Position numbers and translations under genes: made by a program. DNA of 64,000 bases, taken from NCBI RefSeq assembly GCF_004010195.1, contig NC_057749.1:22602976-22666975 (forward strand), read 5' to 3'. The notes beneath the pieces were generated by a model. It had not been told where the DNA came from. It ran no database searches and was given only the letters and a program-made list of their open reading frames with translations. Source of the DNA: Chiloscyllium plagiosum (lineage: Eukaryota). Below are positions 36,875 through 50,439 of the stretch, in pieces (position 1 is the stretch's first letter; each line of letters starts with the position of its first letter).

Positions 36875-37086
36875 AGAGTCAAAAACTGTGACGCTGGAAA
36901 AGCACAACAGGTCCAGGCAGCATCCGAGGAGCAGGAGATTCGACGTTTCGAATTCCTGATGAAGGGCTTATGCCCAAAATGTTGACTCTCCTGCTCCTTG
37001 GATGCTGCCTAACTGGCTGTGCTTTTCCAGATCCGCACTTTTCAACTCTGACTCTCCAGCATCTGCAGTCCTCACTTTCTCCTAGT
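36875..37086. mobile_element. Penelope-derived fold-back element with a decayed hammerhead (+, ~36953-36985)
   Basis: Arms joined at GACGTTTCG|AATTCCTGATGAAGGGCTTATGCCCAAAAT. Confidence 0.8.
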
Positions 37087-37154
37087 CATTACTCATAGGC
37101 AGATGACAACATGCAGATAAACATGTCCATTGTCACTGCACTTTGGACTCCTTG

Positions 37155-37435
37155 GTGTGTGTGTGCGTGTTTGTGCAAGTGCGTGCGTTGGGTGTGTGTG
37201 TTTGTGTGTGTGTGTTTGTGTGTGTGTGGGTGCGTGTGTGTTTGTGGGTGGGTGTGTGTGTGTGTGTGGGTGTGTGTGGGTGCGTGTGTTTGTGTGTGGG
37301 GAGGGTGTGTGTATGTGTTTGTGTGTGTGCATGTTTGTGCATGTGCGCATGTGTGTTTGTGCGTGTGTGGGGGGAGGGTGTGTGTTTGTGGGTGTGTGTG
37401 TGGGTGTTTGTGTTTGTGCATGTGTGTGGTGGGGA
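37155..37435. repeat. Degenerate (TG)n tract
   Basis: Direct inspection. Confidence 0.95.
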
Positions 37436-37973
37436 GTGATGTTTGGCTGGAGAGAGGATCAGTTTAGTGTCAACAGATGATAGCTGTTAACCATCCCTGG
37501 CTGTGGGGCAGATTTGAAGCAAACCTTGTTGCTATGGTGAAGATCATGGTGCAGTGGTTTGAACTTGGCTCTTTGGGGGGAGAACTTAAGGGAGAGAATT
37601 TCTGGGACCTCCTCGATTGAATGTAAACTTACAATGGCTAATTTAATGGGTTGGGACATAGAATGCTTGCCATGTTATGCAGGGATTCAGAATCTGGTGT
37701 CATTTTTGAAATTATCTCAGCAACTCGTATTGAGACGCAATGAACGTAGTTTGTGTTTCAAATTCTTAGATTTATTTTATTTAATATATTGTCACTTGTA
37801 CCTAGGCACAGTGAAAAGTGGATAATGCCGCTGTGCTCCAGCGCTGCCTTGGATTATCAATTAGAAAATACTGAATAAATTGATATTAAACTGATATTAC
37901 TGAAATCGCTGCAAAAGTCCACCTTACTCTCTCTGTAGCCTTCACCCTCTCTGCTCCTCCAGTTAACACTCCA

Positions 37974-38278
37974 GGGTGACACGCTGGCTCAGTGGTTAGC
38001 ACTGCTGCCTCACAGCACCAGGGACCTGGGTTTGATTCCAGCCTCAGGCGACTGTGTGGAGTTTGCACATTCTCCCCGTGTCTGTATGGGTTTCCTCCCA
38101 TGATCCATGGGAGGTGGATTGCCATGCTAAATTGCCCACAGTGTTCAGGGATGTGTAGGTTAATTGCATTAGTCAGTGGTAAATGTAAAGTAATAGTGTA
38201 GGGGAATGGGTCTGGGTTGGTCCCTCTTCAGAGGGTTGGTGTGGACTGGTTGGGCTGAAAGGCCTATTTCCACACTGT
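37974..38278 (+). mobile_element. HE1 V-SINE
   Basis: A/B boxes and core. Confidence 0.85.
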
Positions 38279-38469
38279 ATGCATTTTTCTTTTTCTAAAG
38301 AATCATCAATAATATCACATTCTGGAGCTGAAGGAGAATAAAGCATTATAAGAATCCAACAGCAGAATTCCGAAGAACAACGCTGCAGAAGAATCAAACC
38401 TGGGTATCAGAGACAAACAATGTTGGTTGGAATTGTAGCTAAATTCCACCATTAGTTCAGTAATATCCA

Positions 38470-39328
38470 GGTTGAGTTGTGTGGCCAAATTCTGCCCCAA
38501 CCCCATTTGCAAGTTTGCTGATGACACCACCATTGTAGGTCAGATCTCAAACAATAACGAGACAGAATACAGGAAAGAGATTGAGTGCTCAGCATCATGG
38601 TACAAAGGCAACAATTGCTTCATCAACGTCAGCAAAACGATGGAGCTGGTCATTAACTTCAGGAAGCGGAGTCTGGGTCTGTATCAATGGAGCTGAGGTG
38701 GAGATGGTCGAGAGCGTCAAGTTCCTAGGAGTGACGATCACCAACAGTCTGTCCTGGACTATCCACCTGGATGCGATGGTCAAGAAAGCACAAGAACTTC
38801 TCTCCTTCCTCAAGAGGCTAAGGACATTTTGCATGGCCACAAGGACTCTTACCAATGTTTACAGATGCACCATAGAAAGCTTGGTACGGCAACTGTTTTT
38901 CCCAAGAATGCAAGAAACTACAGAGAGTTGTGAACATAGCCCAGTCATCATGGAAACCAGCCTTCCATCCATTGACTTTGTCTACACCTCCTGCTGCCTT
39001 AGAAATTTAACCAACAAAATCAAATACCCCTCCCACCTCAGTTATACTCTCTACCACCCCCTTCCATTGGCAGAAGATATAAAAGTTTGCACACAATTAG
39101 GAACAGATTCAAGAACAGCTTCTTCTCCGCTGCTATTAGACTTTGGCAAAAGTTAATGTTGCTATCTCTCTCTCTCTCTGCAACTTCTATGCAGCTGTGA
39201 CATTGTATCCTCCACCTTGTTCTGCTCCCCTGATGCACTTTGTATGGTATGATCTGCCTGTAGAGGATGTAAAACAACACTTTTCACTGTATGTCAGTAC
39301 ATCTGACAACAATAAATCAATCAATCAA
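38470..39328 (+). mobile_element. Rex1/Babar-type LINE 3' part
   Basis: KFADDTTIVG, KTMELVINFRK, VKFLGVTI..LSW..VKKAQ..YRCTIES; (AATC)n tail. Confidence 0.85.
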
Positions 39329-40284
39329 GGCTTAACTTGCTTACTTAAGGAGTCTTATTTTAGTTACTATATGCAGTAAAGTTTCAATTATTGTTTCAGT
39401 ACTTGATTGTGAGATTTCTTATAAGTAGCTGAATGAAAGGTAGCTTGTGGTAATTTAGCCACAGCACTGAGAAGGATGTGGGGTCCCAAGAGTAATATAT
39501 TCAAGCTTGCTGTAGGTACAGAGCTAGGTGGGAAAGTAAGCTTTCAGGAGAACTCAGAGACAAAGATCTGGATGGCTAAGTGATAAGAATGGACAGGTTG
39601 ACAAATGAAATACTGATGTGGGGAAGTGCAAACTGATCTGCCATCTGATGCAGGCTCTCTCGACTTTGTGTTGTTTTATTGCAGTTCAGAAGTTTCCACT
39701 CCGCTAGTTGTTGTGTGTGTCTGTGTGTGTGTGTGTGATCTTTACATCACTATAATGCAAGGTTCTATGTACTGGGATTTGTCTTGTTGGCACTTTTTGA
39801 AATCTTGTTTACATTTCTTTTTGTGCTGAACGAGTCCAAGTTTTCCTTTGGTGCAGATAAAAGAGTTCTTGTGAAGTCACATCAAAGATAAATACATATT
39901 GTTCATATCACTTCTCGATCAAGATAGTGTGCATGTGGTTTGTACAAAACAGCTATTCGACAGAATATTGCAGAAGGTTGTGATACAACCCAACGCTATA
40001 TTACCACCATCAATTCTGTTAGACTCTGTGCATTACCCACACAGACTTGGGTTAGAAAGCCACAAGTGAAAGCTCTTTATGTATACTCACAGTTCCTCTA
40101 CATTAAAAATCCCTCTTAAATATCTTGAGCCAGTGATTGCCCAAAACAGTGTCACTCTGTACTACTGACCTTTCACTATAAGCAAATTAAACTCTTATAA
40201 ACCGACCAGTGATAACTAAATGGCCGTTCATTCTGTAAAAACCCCAGCAACTTTTGTTTGTCAGTTACACAAATAATTTGCATA

Positions 40285-41225
40285 AGAATTTAGGAGGCAA
40301 GGTTAGTAGGTTTGCAGATGACACAAAATTGGTGGCACAGTGGGCAGTGAAGAACATTATCTAAGATTACAAAGAGATCTCGATCAATTGGGTCAATGGG
40401 TTGAGGAGTGGCAGATGGAGATAATTTGGGTAAATGTAAGATATTGCATTTTGATAAAACAAGGAAAGGCAGGGCTTATACAATTAATGGTTGGGCCCTG
40501 GGGAGTGTTGTAGAACAGAGAGACCTGGTGGGTGACAAGGTGGCACAGTGGTTAGCACTGCTGCCTCACAGCGCCAGAGACGCAGGTTCAATTCCCGCCT
40601 CAGGCGACTGACTGTGTGGAGTTTGCATGTTCTCCCCGTGTCCGTGTGGGTTTCCTCCAAGTGCTCTGGTTTCCTCCCACAGTCCAAAAATGTGCAGGTT
40701 AGGTGAATTGGCCACGCTAAATTGCCCGTAGTGTTAGGCGAATGGGGCAAATGTAGGGGAACAGGCGGATTGTGTATCGGTGTGGACTTGTTGGGCCGAA
40801 GGGCCTGTTTCCACACTGTAAGTAATCTAATCTTTAAAAAAAAAACCTAGGGGCTCAGGTACATAAGTCTTTGAAATTTGCGTCACACATCGATTGGATG
40901 ATTAAGAAGGCACGTAGCATGCTCAGACCTTTCGTATAGGAGTTAGGACGTCATGTTGAGGTTGTACAGGACGTTGGTGAGGCCTCTTCTGGAGTACAGT
41001 GCCCAGTTCTGGTCACCCTGTTACAGGAAGGATATTATTAAACTTAGAGGGTTCAGCAAAATATTTACCAGAGTGTTGCTGGGAATGGACACCTTGCGTT
41101 ATAAAAATAGACTGGGAAAGAGTGGGACATTTTTCACTGGAGCGTAGGAGGTTGAAGGCTGACCTTATTGAGGTTTATAAAATCGTGAGGGGCAAAGATC
41201 AGGTAAGTGACAAGGGTCTTTTTCC
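40285..41225 (+). mobile_element. CR1 fragment with an HE1 inserted at ~40531-40832
   Basis: FADDTK, CKILHF, QRDL|SINE|, LVRPLLEY..FWSP. Confidence 0.85.
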
Positions 41226-41689
41226 CTTTGAGTTTCCTGAACATTTCTGAATGTCACTGGGCCTGAACCGTTAACTATGCTTTCTCTCCACAGATGCTGC
41301 CAGACCTGCTGAGTTTCTCCAGCAATTTCTGATTTAGTTTCTGATTTCCAGCATCCACAGTTCTTTGTTTTTATTTTAAGTAGTGTGGGTACATGGTTTG
41401 GGTGACAAGTTGTCATATTTTGTCACTGTTACTTGGTTACTGTCCTTTTACATATTGGCTAACAACAGTCTGAACTTAAACAACATTTTTAACACCACAA
41501 GACTCTTTTTATGCACAGAATGATAAATTATGATAATTAATATGAGGAAATATTAAGACAGGTGAGCAATTGTTTGGTCAAAGAAGGAGAATTTAAGGTA
41601 CGCCATGAAGAAGGAGATAGGTAGAGGTTTTCAGAGAGGGGATTCAAGGACACCAAGTGTAAGAAATGATTTGTGAGCTTCCTGTGCTA

Positions 41690-42960
41690 ATATGACTGTG
41701 GAGCAATAATGGAGGACTGACCCAGAAACAGGCTAGGACTGGGTGTGAAATACTCCTGAATGCAAGGTATTCAGACAAAAAAAAATGGCGCGCTGACTTC
41801 TTGAACCAATGCAGCCCATTTGGTGTAGCTAGACCCATAACACGAGAGATTTCCAGGATTTTGACAAAAAATGGCGCGCTGACTTCTTGAACCAATGCAG
41901 CCCATTTGGTGTAGCTAGACCCATAACACGAGAGATTTCCAGGATTTTGACACTGACGGAATGGCGATATTTTTCCAAATCAGGATGGTGTGTGGCTTGG
42001 AGCAGAATGTGAAAGGAGTGGTGTTCCCATGTACCTGCTGCCCTTGTCCTTCAAGATGGAAGTGGTCATGGGTTTAGATTAGATTACTTACAGTGTGCAA
42101 ACAGGCCCTTCGGCCCAACAAGTCCACACCGACCCTCCGAAGAGCAACCAACCCAGACCCATTCCCCTACACCTAACACTACGGGCAATTTAGCATGGCC
42201 ACATCACCTAACCTGCACATCTTTGTGACTGTGGGAGGAAACCGGAGCACCCGGAGGAAACCCACGCAGACACGGGGAGAATGTGCAAACTCCACACAGA
42301 CAGTTGCCTGAGGTGGGAATTGGACCCGGGTCCCTGGCACTATGAGGTAGCAGTGCTAACCACTGTGCCACCGTGCCGTTTGGGAGGTGCTGTCCAAGGA
42401 TCGTTGGTGAATTTCTGCAGCACTTCCTGTAGATAGTACACACTGCTGCTCCTGGGTGTCGCTGCGGGAGGGAATGAATGTTTGTGGATGTGGTGCCAAT
42501 CAAGAGGGGGCTGCTTGTCCTGGGTGGTGTCAAGCTTCGAGAGTGTTGTTGGACCTGCATTCATTCAGGCAAGTGGGGAGTATTCCATCATACTCCTGAC
42601 TTGTGCCTTGCAGATGGTGGACAGGCTTTGGGGAGTCAGGAGGACAGTCATTTGCCGTGGCATTCTTAGCCTCTGACATGTTGTTATAGCTGCTGTATTT
42701 ATGTGGTGATAACCCCCAGGGTGTTGATATTGAAGGATTCACTGATGGTAACACCATTTAATATCAAGGGGTGGTGGGTATGCTGTATCATACTGGAGAT
42801 GGTTATTTCTTGGCATTTGTATGGCGTGAATGTTACTTGCCACTTTTCAGCCAAAACCTGGATATTGTCCAGCCATTGGTGTGTTTGGACATGGACTGCT
42901 CCAGTATTTGAGGAGTCGTGAATGGTGTTGAACATGTGCAATCATTGTCAAATATCCCAA
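41690..42960 (-). mobile_element. CR1-group LINE 3' part (different family) with an HE1 inserted at ~42073-42378
   Basis: AEKWQVTFTPYKCQ, INTLGVI, NIHSL..AAVCTIY..HLPN. Confidence 0.75.
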
Positions 42961-42974
42961 CTTTCTGAGCTCAT

Positions 42975-43310
42975 AGAATTATATAGTCCCTCCAGAGTGG
43001 AGACAGGCCATTCAGCCCATCAAGTCCACACCAGCCCTTTGGAAAGCATCCCATCCTTGTAACCCTGTATTTCCCATGGCCAATCCATCTAACCTACACA
43101 TCCCTGGACACTATGGGCAATTTAGCATGGCAAATCCGTCCTAACCCATATGTGTTTGGGCTGTGGCAGGAAACTAGAGCACCCGGAGGAAACCCACGCA
43201 GACACGGGGAGAATGTGCACACTCCACACAGACAGTCACCCGAAGTTGGAATCAAACCCGGGTCCCTGGCACTGTGAGGTAGTAGTGATAACCATTGAAC
43301 CACTGTGCTG
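42975..43310 (-). mobile_element. HE1 V-SINE
   Basis: A/B boxes and core on minus. Confidence 0.85.
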
Positions 43311-44461
43311 TGTCATTGATCAAGCAGCTGAAGATGGTTGGGCCTATGAGAAGGGATCTGGCCTGGGAAAATTGGCATCAATGAATGGAGGGCAAAACTG
43401 TAATCAAAGAACAGATGGTTGGAGGAAAAGGTGAAGTAAACCAATCCAGAGCTCCAATGTTGACAATAAAGAGAGAACAGAAGTTAATATGAGAAGATCT
43501 GATGGGAAGTGTTAAAAAAAAGAGAGAGGCAAAGAGAGTGTAAGTATGGAATCTGGCAGCTAAGATGAAGGAAATTCAACAGTCCCCTCTTGGCATATAA
43601 TTGGAAAAGGGTGGTTAAAGAAACAGTAAGGGACCGAAGAGCTGAAATGGAGAGCTACTGAGGTAGGAAATGCATTCACCAAAGAAGAGGATGCTCAAAC
43701 GTCAGAGTGAAAGAGGAGGCAGTTTCAAAGTTGAATGGGCTAAAAATTGATCGAGAGAAGATATTAGAAAGCACAGTTAATGAGTCACCACTTATGCAGA
43801 TGTTCACAGATATGAGGAAAGGTCATGGACTTTACTTTATGCTTCCCTCCCCAGAGATGCTGCCAGATCTGCTGTTCCCAGCATTCTCTGTCTTTAGCTC
43901 ATGTTTAACCAATTCGATTGATAGGTAACCGAGAGGGTTAATCAGGGTATTCTGTGAGGAAAAGCAAGAATTGGACCACAGGGTCTATTTCTGTGCTGTA
44001 TGACTCTACAACTGTGGATGTCGAAATCTGAAACGAAAACAAAAATTCCTGGAGAAACTCAGCAGGTCTGGCAGCATCTGTGGAGAGAACATTTCAAGTC
44101 ATAGAGGCGCACAGCACGGAAACAGACCCTTCAGTCCAACTCGTCCGTGCTGACCAGATATCCTAAACTAATCCAGTCCCATTTGCCAGCAATTGGGAGT
44201 CACCTTTCTTCAGAACTGGTTGATATGGTACACATGGATCTCCAAAAAAACATTTGTCTGAGTAGTAAATAATAAACTTACCAAAATAAATCAAAGGTAC
44301 ACAATAAAAGGGATATTGGCTGTATATGCATGAACTTGGATATAGGGAACAGGGAACAGTGATTAATAGATTTTCTTTTCCTGACTGGAAGAAACTCAAA
44401 GACAGAACTGAGCTAAGAAGAAATAGAGGCACATTTCCTCGACTGGGTATATTCTATAAGG

Positions 44462-44660
44462 CTGGGAAAAGGTGAGGACTGCAGCTGCTGGAGATCAGTA
44501 AAAAAGTGTGGTGCTGGAAAAGCTCAGCAGGTCACACAGCATCTGAGGAGCAGGAGAGTCAATGTTTTGGGTACAAGCCCTTCATCAGGAATTATGACCA
44601 AAACATCGACTTTTCTACTCCTCAGATGCTGCCTGACCGGCTGTGCTTTTCCAGCCCCGC
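44462..44660. mobile_element. Penelope-derived fold-back element with 13-bp TSD
   Basis: ATATTCTATAAGG at 44449-44461 and 44661-44673; arms meet at CTTCATCAGGAAT|TATGACCAAAAC. Confidence 0.8.
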
Positions 44661-45796
44661 ATATTCTATAAGGCACCAACAAGTGGGAGAAATAAGGGGA
44701 ATAGGGGAAAAGTCAGGAATGAGGGCATTTTTAATGAAACGATCTGTTTGCATGTTTCTGTCACTCTTTCTTGCACTATCCTATTTCAAATGCTCTGGAG
44801 TATTTATTACCCAACTAAACATTTCACTGGCACATCTCTGTTTTCCAAGATTTCTGCCACATAGTCATAGTCATGGAGTCATCCAGCAGGGAAACAGACC
44901 CTTCGGTCCAACCAGTCTATGCCGAACATAATCCCAAACTAAACCACTCCCACCTGCCTGCTCCTGGCGCAAATCCCTCCAAATCTTTCTTATTCATGTA
45001 CCAATCCAAATGTTCCTACATTTCCTGGATGGTGGCGTTCCCCAGGGATAAAACATAATTTCAAATCTTGCAGTTTACACAAAACTTGGAAGTATTGAGG
45101 ACTGTGAGGGAGAAAACAATGGAGCCCCGGACTGGAAGGTGGATTTGGCAGAGAAGTGTAAAGTGATACATTTTATTATAAGGAGTGAGGATAATTAATA
45201 TAAAGGATGCAAATCTAACGTGAGTGAAAAAAACAAAGAGGCCAAGAGGTCTGTGGTCACATATTGTTGAAGGTGACAGGGAAGATTGAGAAAGCATTTT
45301 AAAAAAATAAATTATAGTGAACCTTTGTACAAAGGGAAAAACACTAATTCAACCTGAACTGGATAATTTTGTACTGGTAAGTTCATACATTGCACTTTCA
45401 GAAGGATAGTGAAAGTTCAGAGAGGGGAAAACATTGAGAAGAATAATTCCAGGGATGAGGGCCTTCAGTCACATTGAAAGTTTGGCAAAGTTTGGACCCT
45501 TCTCCTTTAAAGAGAAGGAAGTTGTAAGGCAGTTGATAGAGGTGTTCAAGGTGTGGAGGAGCTGACGTTGGACTGGGGAGGGGAAACAAAATTAATAATC
45601 ACACAACACCAGGTTATAGTCCAACAGGTTTAGTTGGGAGCACTGGCTTTTGGAGCGCTGATGAAGGAGTTAATGTTTCGGGTCCTCTCAGTGACCCTGA
45701 TTCATATCCACAGATGCTGCCAGACCTGCTGAACTTTTCCAGCAATTACTGACTTTGTTTCTGATTTCCAGCATCTGCAGTTCTGTTGGTTTTTAT

Positions 45797-46647
45797 GAAG
45801 CACGTTCAGGTTGCCGTAGAAGGGACGAAGCTAAGCTGCCCTCATAGAGAGTGGCACGTTGGCTCAATGGTTAGCACTGCTACTTCACAGCGCCAGGGAC
45901 CCGGGTTCAAATCAGGTGACTGTCCCTGTGGAGTTTGTACATACTCCTTGTGTCTGTGTGGGTTTCTGCCCACAGTCCAAAAGTGTGCAGGTTAAATGGA
46001 TTAGTCATGCTAAATTGCAGGCTATGTGGATCAACAGGCAGAGACTTGATTGTTCAAACAGCCCCTTTAGAACTTTTCTGAAAGTCAAAGATCACCTCCT
46101 CATGTTAGTGAAGCTAATGCCTTGATGAACTGAATGGTCTTTTCTTAGTTACTGACGGTAATTATGTAGAAAATGAAAGGAGGGTGTACAGAAATATTAC
46201 AGAGCCCCTCATGTGACTCCAGAAGCACGTTCAGGTTGCCGTAGAAGGGACGAAGTTAAGCTGCCCTCATAGAGAGTGGCATGTTGGCTCAATGGTTAGC
46301 ACTGCTACCTCACAGCGCCAGGGACCCGGGTTCAATTCAGGTGACTGTCCCTGTGGAGTTTATACATACTCCTTGTGTCTGTGTGGGTTTCCGCCCACAG
46401 TCCCAAAAGTGTGCAGGTTAAATGGATTAGTCATGCTAAATTGCAGGCTGTGAATCAACAGGCAGAGACTTGATTGTTCAAACAGCCCTTTTAGAACTTT
46501 TCTGAAAGTCAAAGATCACCTCCTCGTGTTAGTGAAGCTAATGCCTTGATGAACTGAATGGTCTTTTCTTAGTTACTGACGGTAATTATGTAGAAAATGA
46601 AAGGAGGGTGTACAGAAATATTACAGAGCCCCTCATGTGACTCCAGA
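45797..46647. repeat. Tandem duplication of ~425 bp including a truncated HE1
   Basis: 45797-46221 vs 46222-46647, few substitutions. Confidence 0.92.
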
Positions 46648-47304
46648 CCCTTCATGTGATTGGATCTAAGCAGCCCTCTGGGCAATTAGGGCAATAAACC
46701 TTGGCCCAGCCAGCAACACCCACATCACCTGACGATCTAAATACTTTTCCTTAAATTTCTCAGAATCTGTGCTGTTGGTATTTTGCGCTGAGCATTGTGT
46801 TTTTTGTTCAGGATGAAAATCAGGAGGGAGGAAATTTTTCACATATTGATCTTTCCAATATGTTTCAGTCCCCATTTCTTGTACTTTCCGATTACCAATG
46901 CTATGGGCTAATACTTACCACTGACACTGAATTAACATGTTGCTGTTAGCCTGGTCTTATAAACTGTCTGTGGAACCGATATTTTGAAATGTTTCTGATA
47001 TTACTGCAGTGTAGTTATGCTTCAAAAGTATCTAGATCATCAGCAGATGAGGGTCACATCTAGAGTCACATGAGGGGGCTCTGTATTTGTGTAAACATTT
47101 CTGAACACCCTCCTTTCATTTTCCACATAATTACCATCAGTATGTTGTCTGCCTGTTCTCCTCCCACAAAGCCACATCTACATATTTCACCTAGTTCCCT
47201 CTGGTCCATTCTGACATGTATGGAGGGTCAGCAACAGGGAGGTCCGGGATGAGGTCTCTTGAGTGGTAGTGGAAAGCCTGGAGTGCCCAACAGTGGCCAG
47301 AGGC

Positions 47305-47328
47305 CAGCAGCAGCAGCAGCAGCAGCAG
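47305..47328. repeat. (CAG)8 trinucleotide repeat
   Basis: Direct count. Confidence 0.95.
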
Positions 47329-47576
47329 CCAGTGGCTGGTAAACACGGTCACACCTTAGAGGTAAAAACAATGACTGCAGATGCTGGAAACCAGATTCTG
47401 GACCAGCGGTGCTGGAAGAGCACAGCAATTCAGGCAGCATCCAATGAGCAGCTTAGCCCAGCGCAGGGTGAAAGGATACCTAGCATAAGGGAGAGCGAGC
47501 CCCCTTGGGGATAAAACCCAGTTCAGCACATCTGCAGGCCCAAGAAAAGAGTGTAATGTTTGACCTTTTAAGTTTA

Positions 47577-47779
47577 CAGGTAGCCCTCACTTTTTGAGGG
47601 TTTGCTTTGCGCTGCTTCGCTTTTATGAAAGAGCTACATTTGTACCTGTTTCTGCCATCTGAAAGAAATCAGAGGATAGTCACTTTTACACATAAGTGAA
47701 CGCTCCTTCGCTTTACGCCATTTCAGCTGATGACAGGTTTCATAGGAACGCTCGACTTTTGGATAGCAGGAGAAACCTG
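47577..47779. mobile_element. Tc1/mariner-pogo type MITE
   Basis: TA|CAGGTAGCCCTCACT ... AGCAGGAGAAACCTG|TA: imperfect TIRs and TA target duplication. Confidence 0.6.
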
Positions 47780-47781
47780 TA

Positions 47782-48205
47782 TTAGATTACTTATAGTATG
47801 GAAACAGGCCATTTGATCCAACAAATCCACACTGACCCTCTGAAGAGACAATAGACAATAGGTACAGGAGTCGGCCAGCACCACCATTCATTATGATCAT
47901 GGCTGATCATCCTCAATCAGTACCCTGTTCCTGCCTTATCCCCATAACCCTTGATTCCACTATCCTTAAGAGCTCTATCCAGCTCTTTACTGAAAGTATC
48001 CATAATAGACAATAGCAACCCACCCAGACCCATTCCCCCCAACTAACGCACATAACGGTATGGGCAATTCACCTGACCTGCACATCTTTGGATTGTGGGA
48101 GGAAACCCACGCAGACACGGGGAGAATGTGCAAACTCCACACAGACTGTCACCCGGGGTGGGAATTGAACCAGGCAGCTAATCACTGAGCCACCACACTA
48201 CCCCA
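47782..48205 (-). mobile_element. HE1 V-SINE interrupted by a CR1 3' tail (~47848-48013)
   Basis: HE1 halves on both sides of a CR1 3' UTR with an (ATTGTCT)n tail. Confidence 0.75.
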
Positions 48206-49059
48206 CAATTTCTTTAGTTTTCCAGTTTTATGCCAAAAAGATTGTATGCTGAACTTGTTAACTTATTTCTTTATTTTTCTATTTCTGTAACTAAGATTTT
48301 ATATCGAGGTATTTTGCCCTCAAGATGACGTCATGTGTGGCAACATGGTACACTTTTCACTGTACGCCTGTACTCTGCACTTGAGTACATGAGACAATAA
48401 AACATAAATCTAAGTCTAAATCTATTCTAGGAGTAAATTACTGCAGATGCTGGAAAACAATAAATGCTGGTGACCACAGCGGGTCATGCAGCATCCATAG
48501 AGAGACAGCAAGCTAATGTTTCGATGCCTCTCCATCAGAGATAAATCTATCCTGCCACTTGAAACTCTTTATCCGTAACGTACATGGAAAAGATGCTGGT
48601 GAATTAAAATAATACTTGGCTTCGATACTCAGACGGAGTCTGATCTGATGCTTCATTCCTCAAAAGTTCTAGCTGAGCCAGTAATTAAGATGCAAAGACC
48701 ATTTAGATTTCAGAATCCATTTCTTTACAACACACTATGGGAATATGGGACTTATTGACTGTCTGCTTTTTTCAATAACTCATCATCTCTCGATTGCTAA
48801 AGGCTGCTATAATAAGGCAACTCCCTGTTTATTCTTTTCTGCTTCTGTACAAAGGTAATAAAGATTCACAGCAAATCAATAAGGTGGACAAAGGAAAGCT
48901 TCTTCAGAGCTGCCGTAACACCTGGAGGCATCTCAGCAAGATCAATTCCAGTTAATCAGGCGTCTGATCAATGATGTATCTCAGCTCCATTGGAAGGTCA
49001 GTGTGCCCTGCGTGGATACTCAACAATCAGTCTCAGAATCAGAGTAAAGGGAGCACTTT

Positions 49060-49360
49060 AACACCAGGATTGGTACAGGTCACACTCTGTGACATCAGGA
49101 TTGGTGCCATAGTCATGTCTCAGTCACATGGGGACACAATACAGGGCTGGCCCGTTTGTTGGTCAGAGAGGCGGGACAGGGCGGGAGGGATAGATTTAAC
49201 TTCCTGAAAGGTTTCCATGAGAATCTGCTGTTAGACCATCAGTAACCAGGCTTTCAAAGACTTTGATTTGACTTTCTGCTGATTTCGACCACGGGGTTTC
49301 CAATCAAGTACCCATGACCCCGAAACAACTGCATTCCGCAAAACTGACTCAGTTAAAAAG
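49060..49360. promoter_or_regulatory. Candidate promoter/enhancer in unique intronic DNA
   Basis: Two ATTGG (~49069, ~49100), two GGCGGG (~49170, ~49180), ACTTCCTG (~49199), GGGGTTTCC (~49293), TGACTCAG (~49346). Motif density only. Confidence 0.3.
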
Positions 49361-49844
49361 GCCGTGACTGAAAAGGCACCGATGCATCTGTCAAAGATTG
49401 CAACTCTTCATCAGTTGCAGCAAAACTGCTTGTTGTTCAAACGTGGAGTGATTTCCTTAGAGGGAATGCATACAACAAACTGCTTGTTCCAAACTAGTTT
49501 CCCGGTGCCCAAATCGTTCAGAGACTCTCCATAAATCACTGATAAATCAAATCAGGTTGCTCACACTCAACCATTAGATCACCTAAATACCCGCAGGAAC
49601 CATCACGGAGACTTGTACATCATGATTACAGGATACAATAAATCATCAGCCCATTTCTCTTCGTCTTTTCAGCAACCCGTCCCATCATGTGAACCTGAGT
49701 GTCTGATGTTAGCTCCAAGAAAAGACCAAGGAGGAGTGGGGAATCTGGTGCAATTGGTTCACGTGCTGCTACCCTGAATGTTTGTCATTTCCTTTATCTC
49801 TGCTGTTAATTCAGAGAGCTTCCCTCAGGGTCTCCAGTTACCAC

Positions 49845-50402
49845 ACAGGCAGATTCCCTCATGATCTCCTGTAATATTACAAACAGATTCCCTCATGATC
49901 CCCTGCAATATTGCAGGCAGATTCTCTCATGATCCCTGTAATATTGCAGACAAATTCTCTCATGATCCACTATTATATGGCAGACAGATTCCCACAGGAT
50001 CCCCTGTAATATTGCAGACAGATTCCCACAGGATCCCCTGTAATATTGCAGACAGATTCCCACATGATCTCCTGTTATATTGCAGACAGATTCCCTCATG
50101 ATCCCGTGTAATATTGCAGACAGATTCCCTCATAATCCCTGTAATATTGCAGACAGATTCCCTCATGGTCCCCTGTAATATTGCAGGCAGATTCCCTCAT
50201 GATCCCTTTAATACTGCAGATAGATTCCCTCATGATCTCCTGTAATATTGCAGAAAGATTCCCCTATGATCTCCTGTAATATTGCAGAAAGATTCCCCTA
50301 TGATCTCCTGTAATATTGCAGACAGATTCCCTCATGATCTCTTGTTTAAATTGCAGAGAGATCCCCATATGATCCTCTGTAATATTGCAGACAGTTTCCC
50401 TG
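49845..50402. repeat. 34-bp minisatellite, GCAGACAGATTCCCTCATGATCCCCTGTAATATT, ~16 units
   Basis: Direct periodicity. Confidence 0.95.
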
Positions 50403-50439
50403 TGGAAAACAGCAATTGAGAAATTTAAGAGATTAATAT

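Noticed and set aside
22502..37480. His/Thr-rich and Cys/Val-rich ORFs at 22.5, 31.1 and 37.1 kb
   Set aside because: (CA)/(TG) microsatellite translations.
19689..44660. Long hairpins as pre-miRNA genes or DNA-transposon MITEs
   Set aside because: Arms are Penelope pLTR sequence with variable junctions and variable-length TSDs; no evidence of miRNA processing is available from sequence alone.
47263..47514. PolyQ-containing ORF
   Set aside because: (CAG)8 next to a Penelope pLTR fragment; no splice or homology support.
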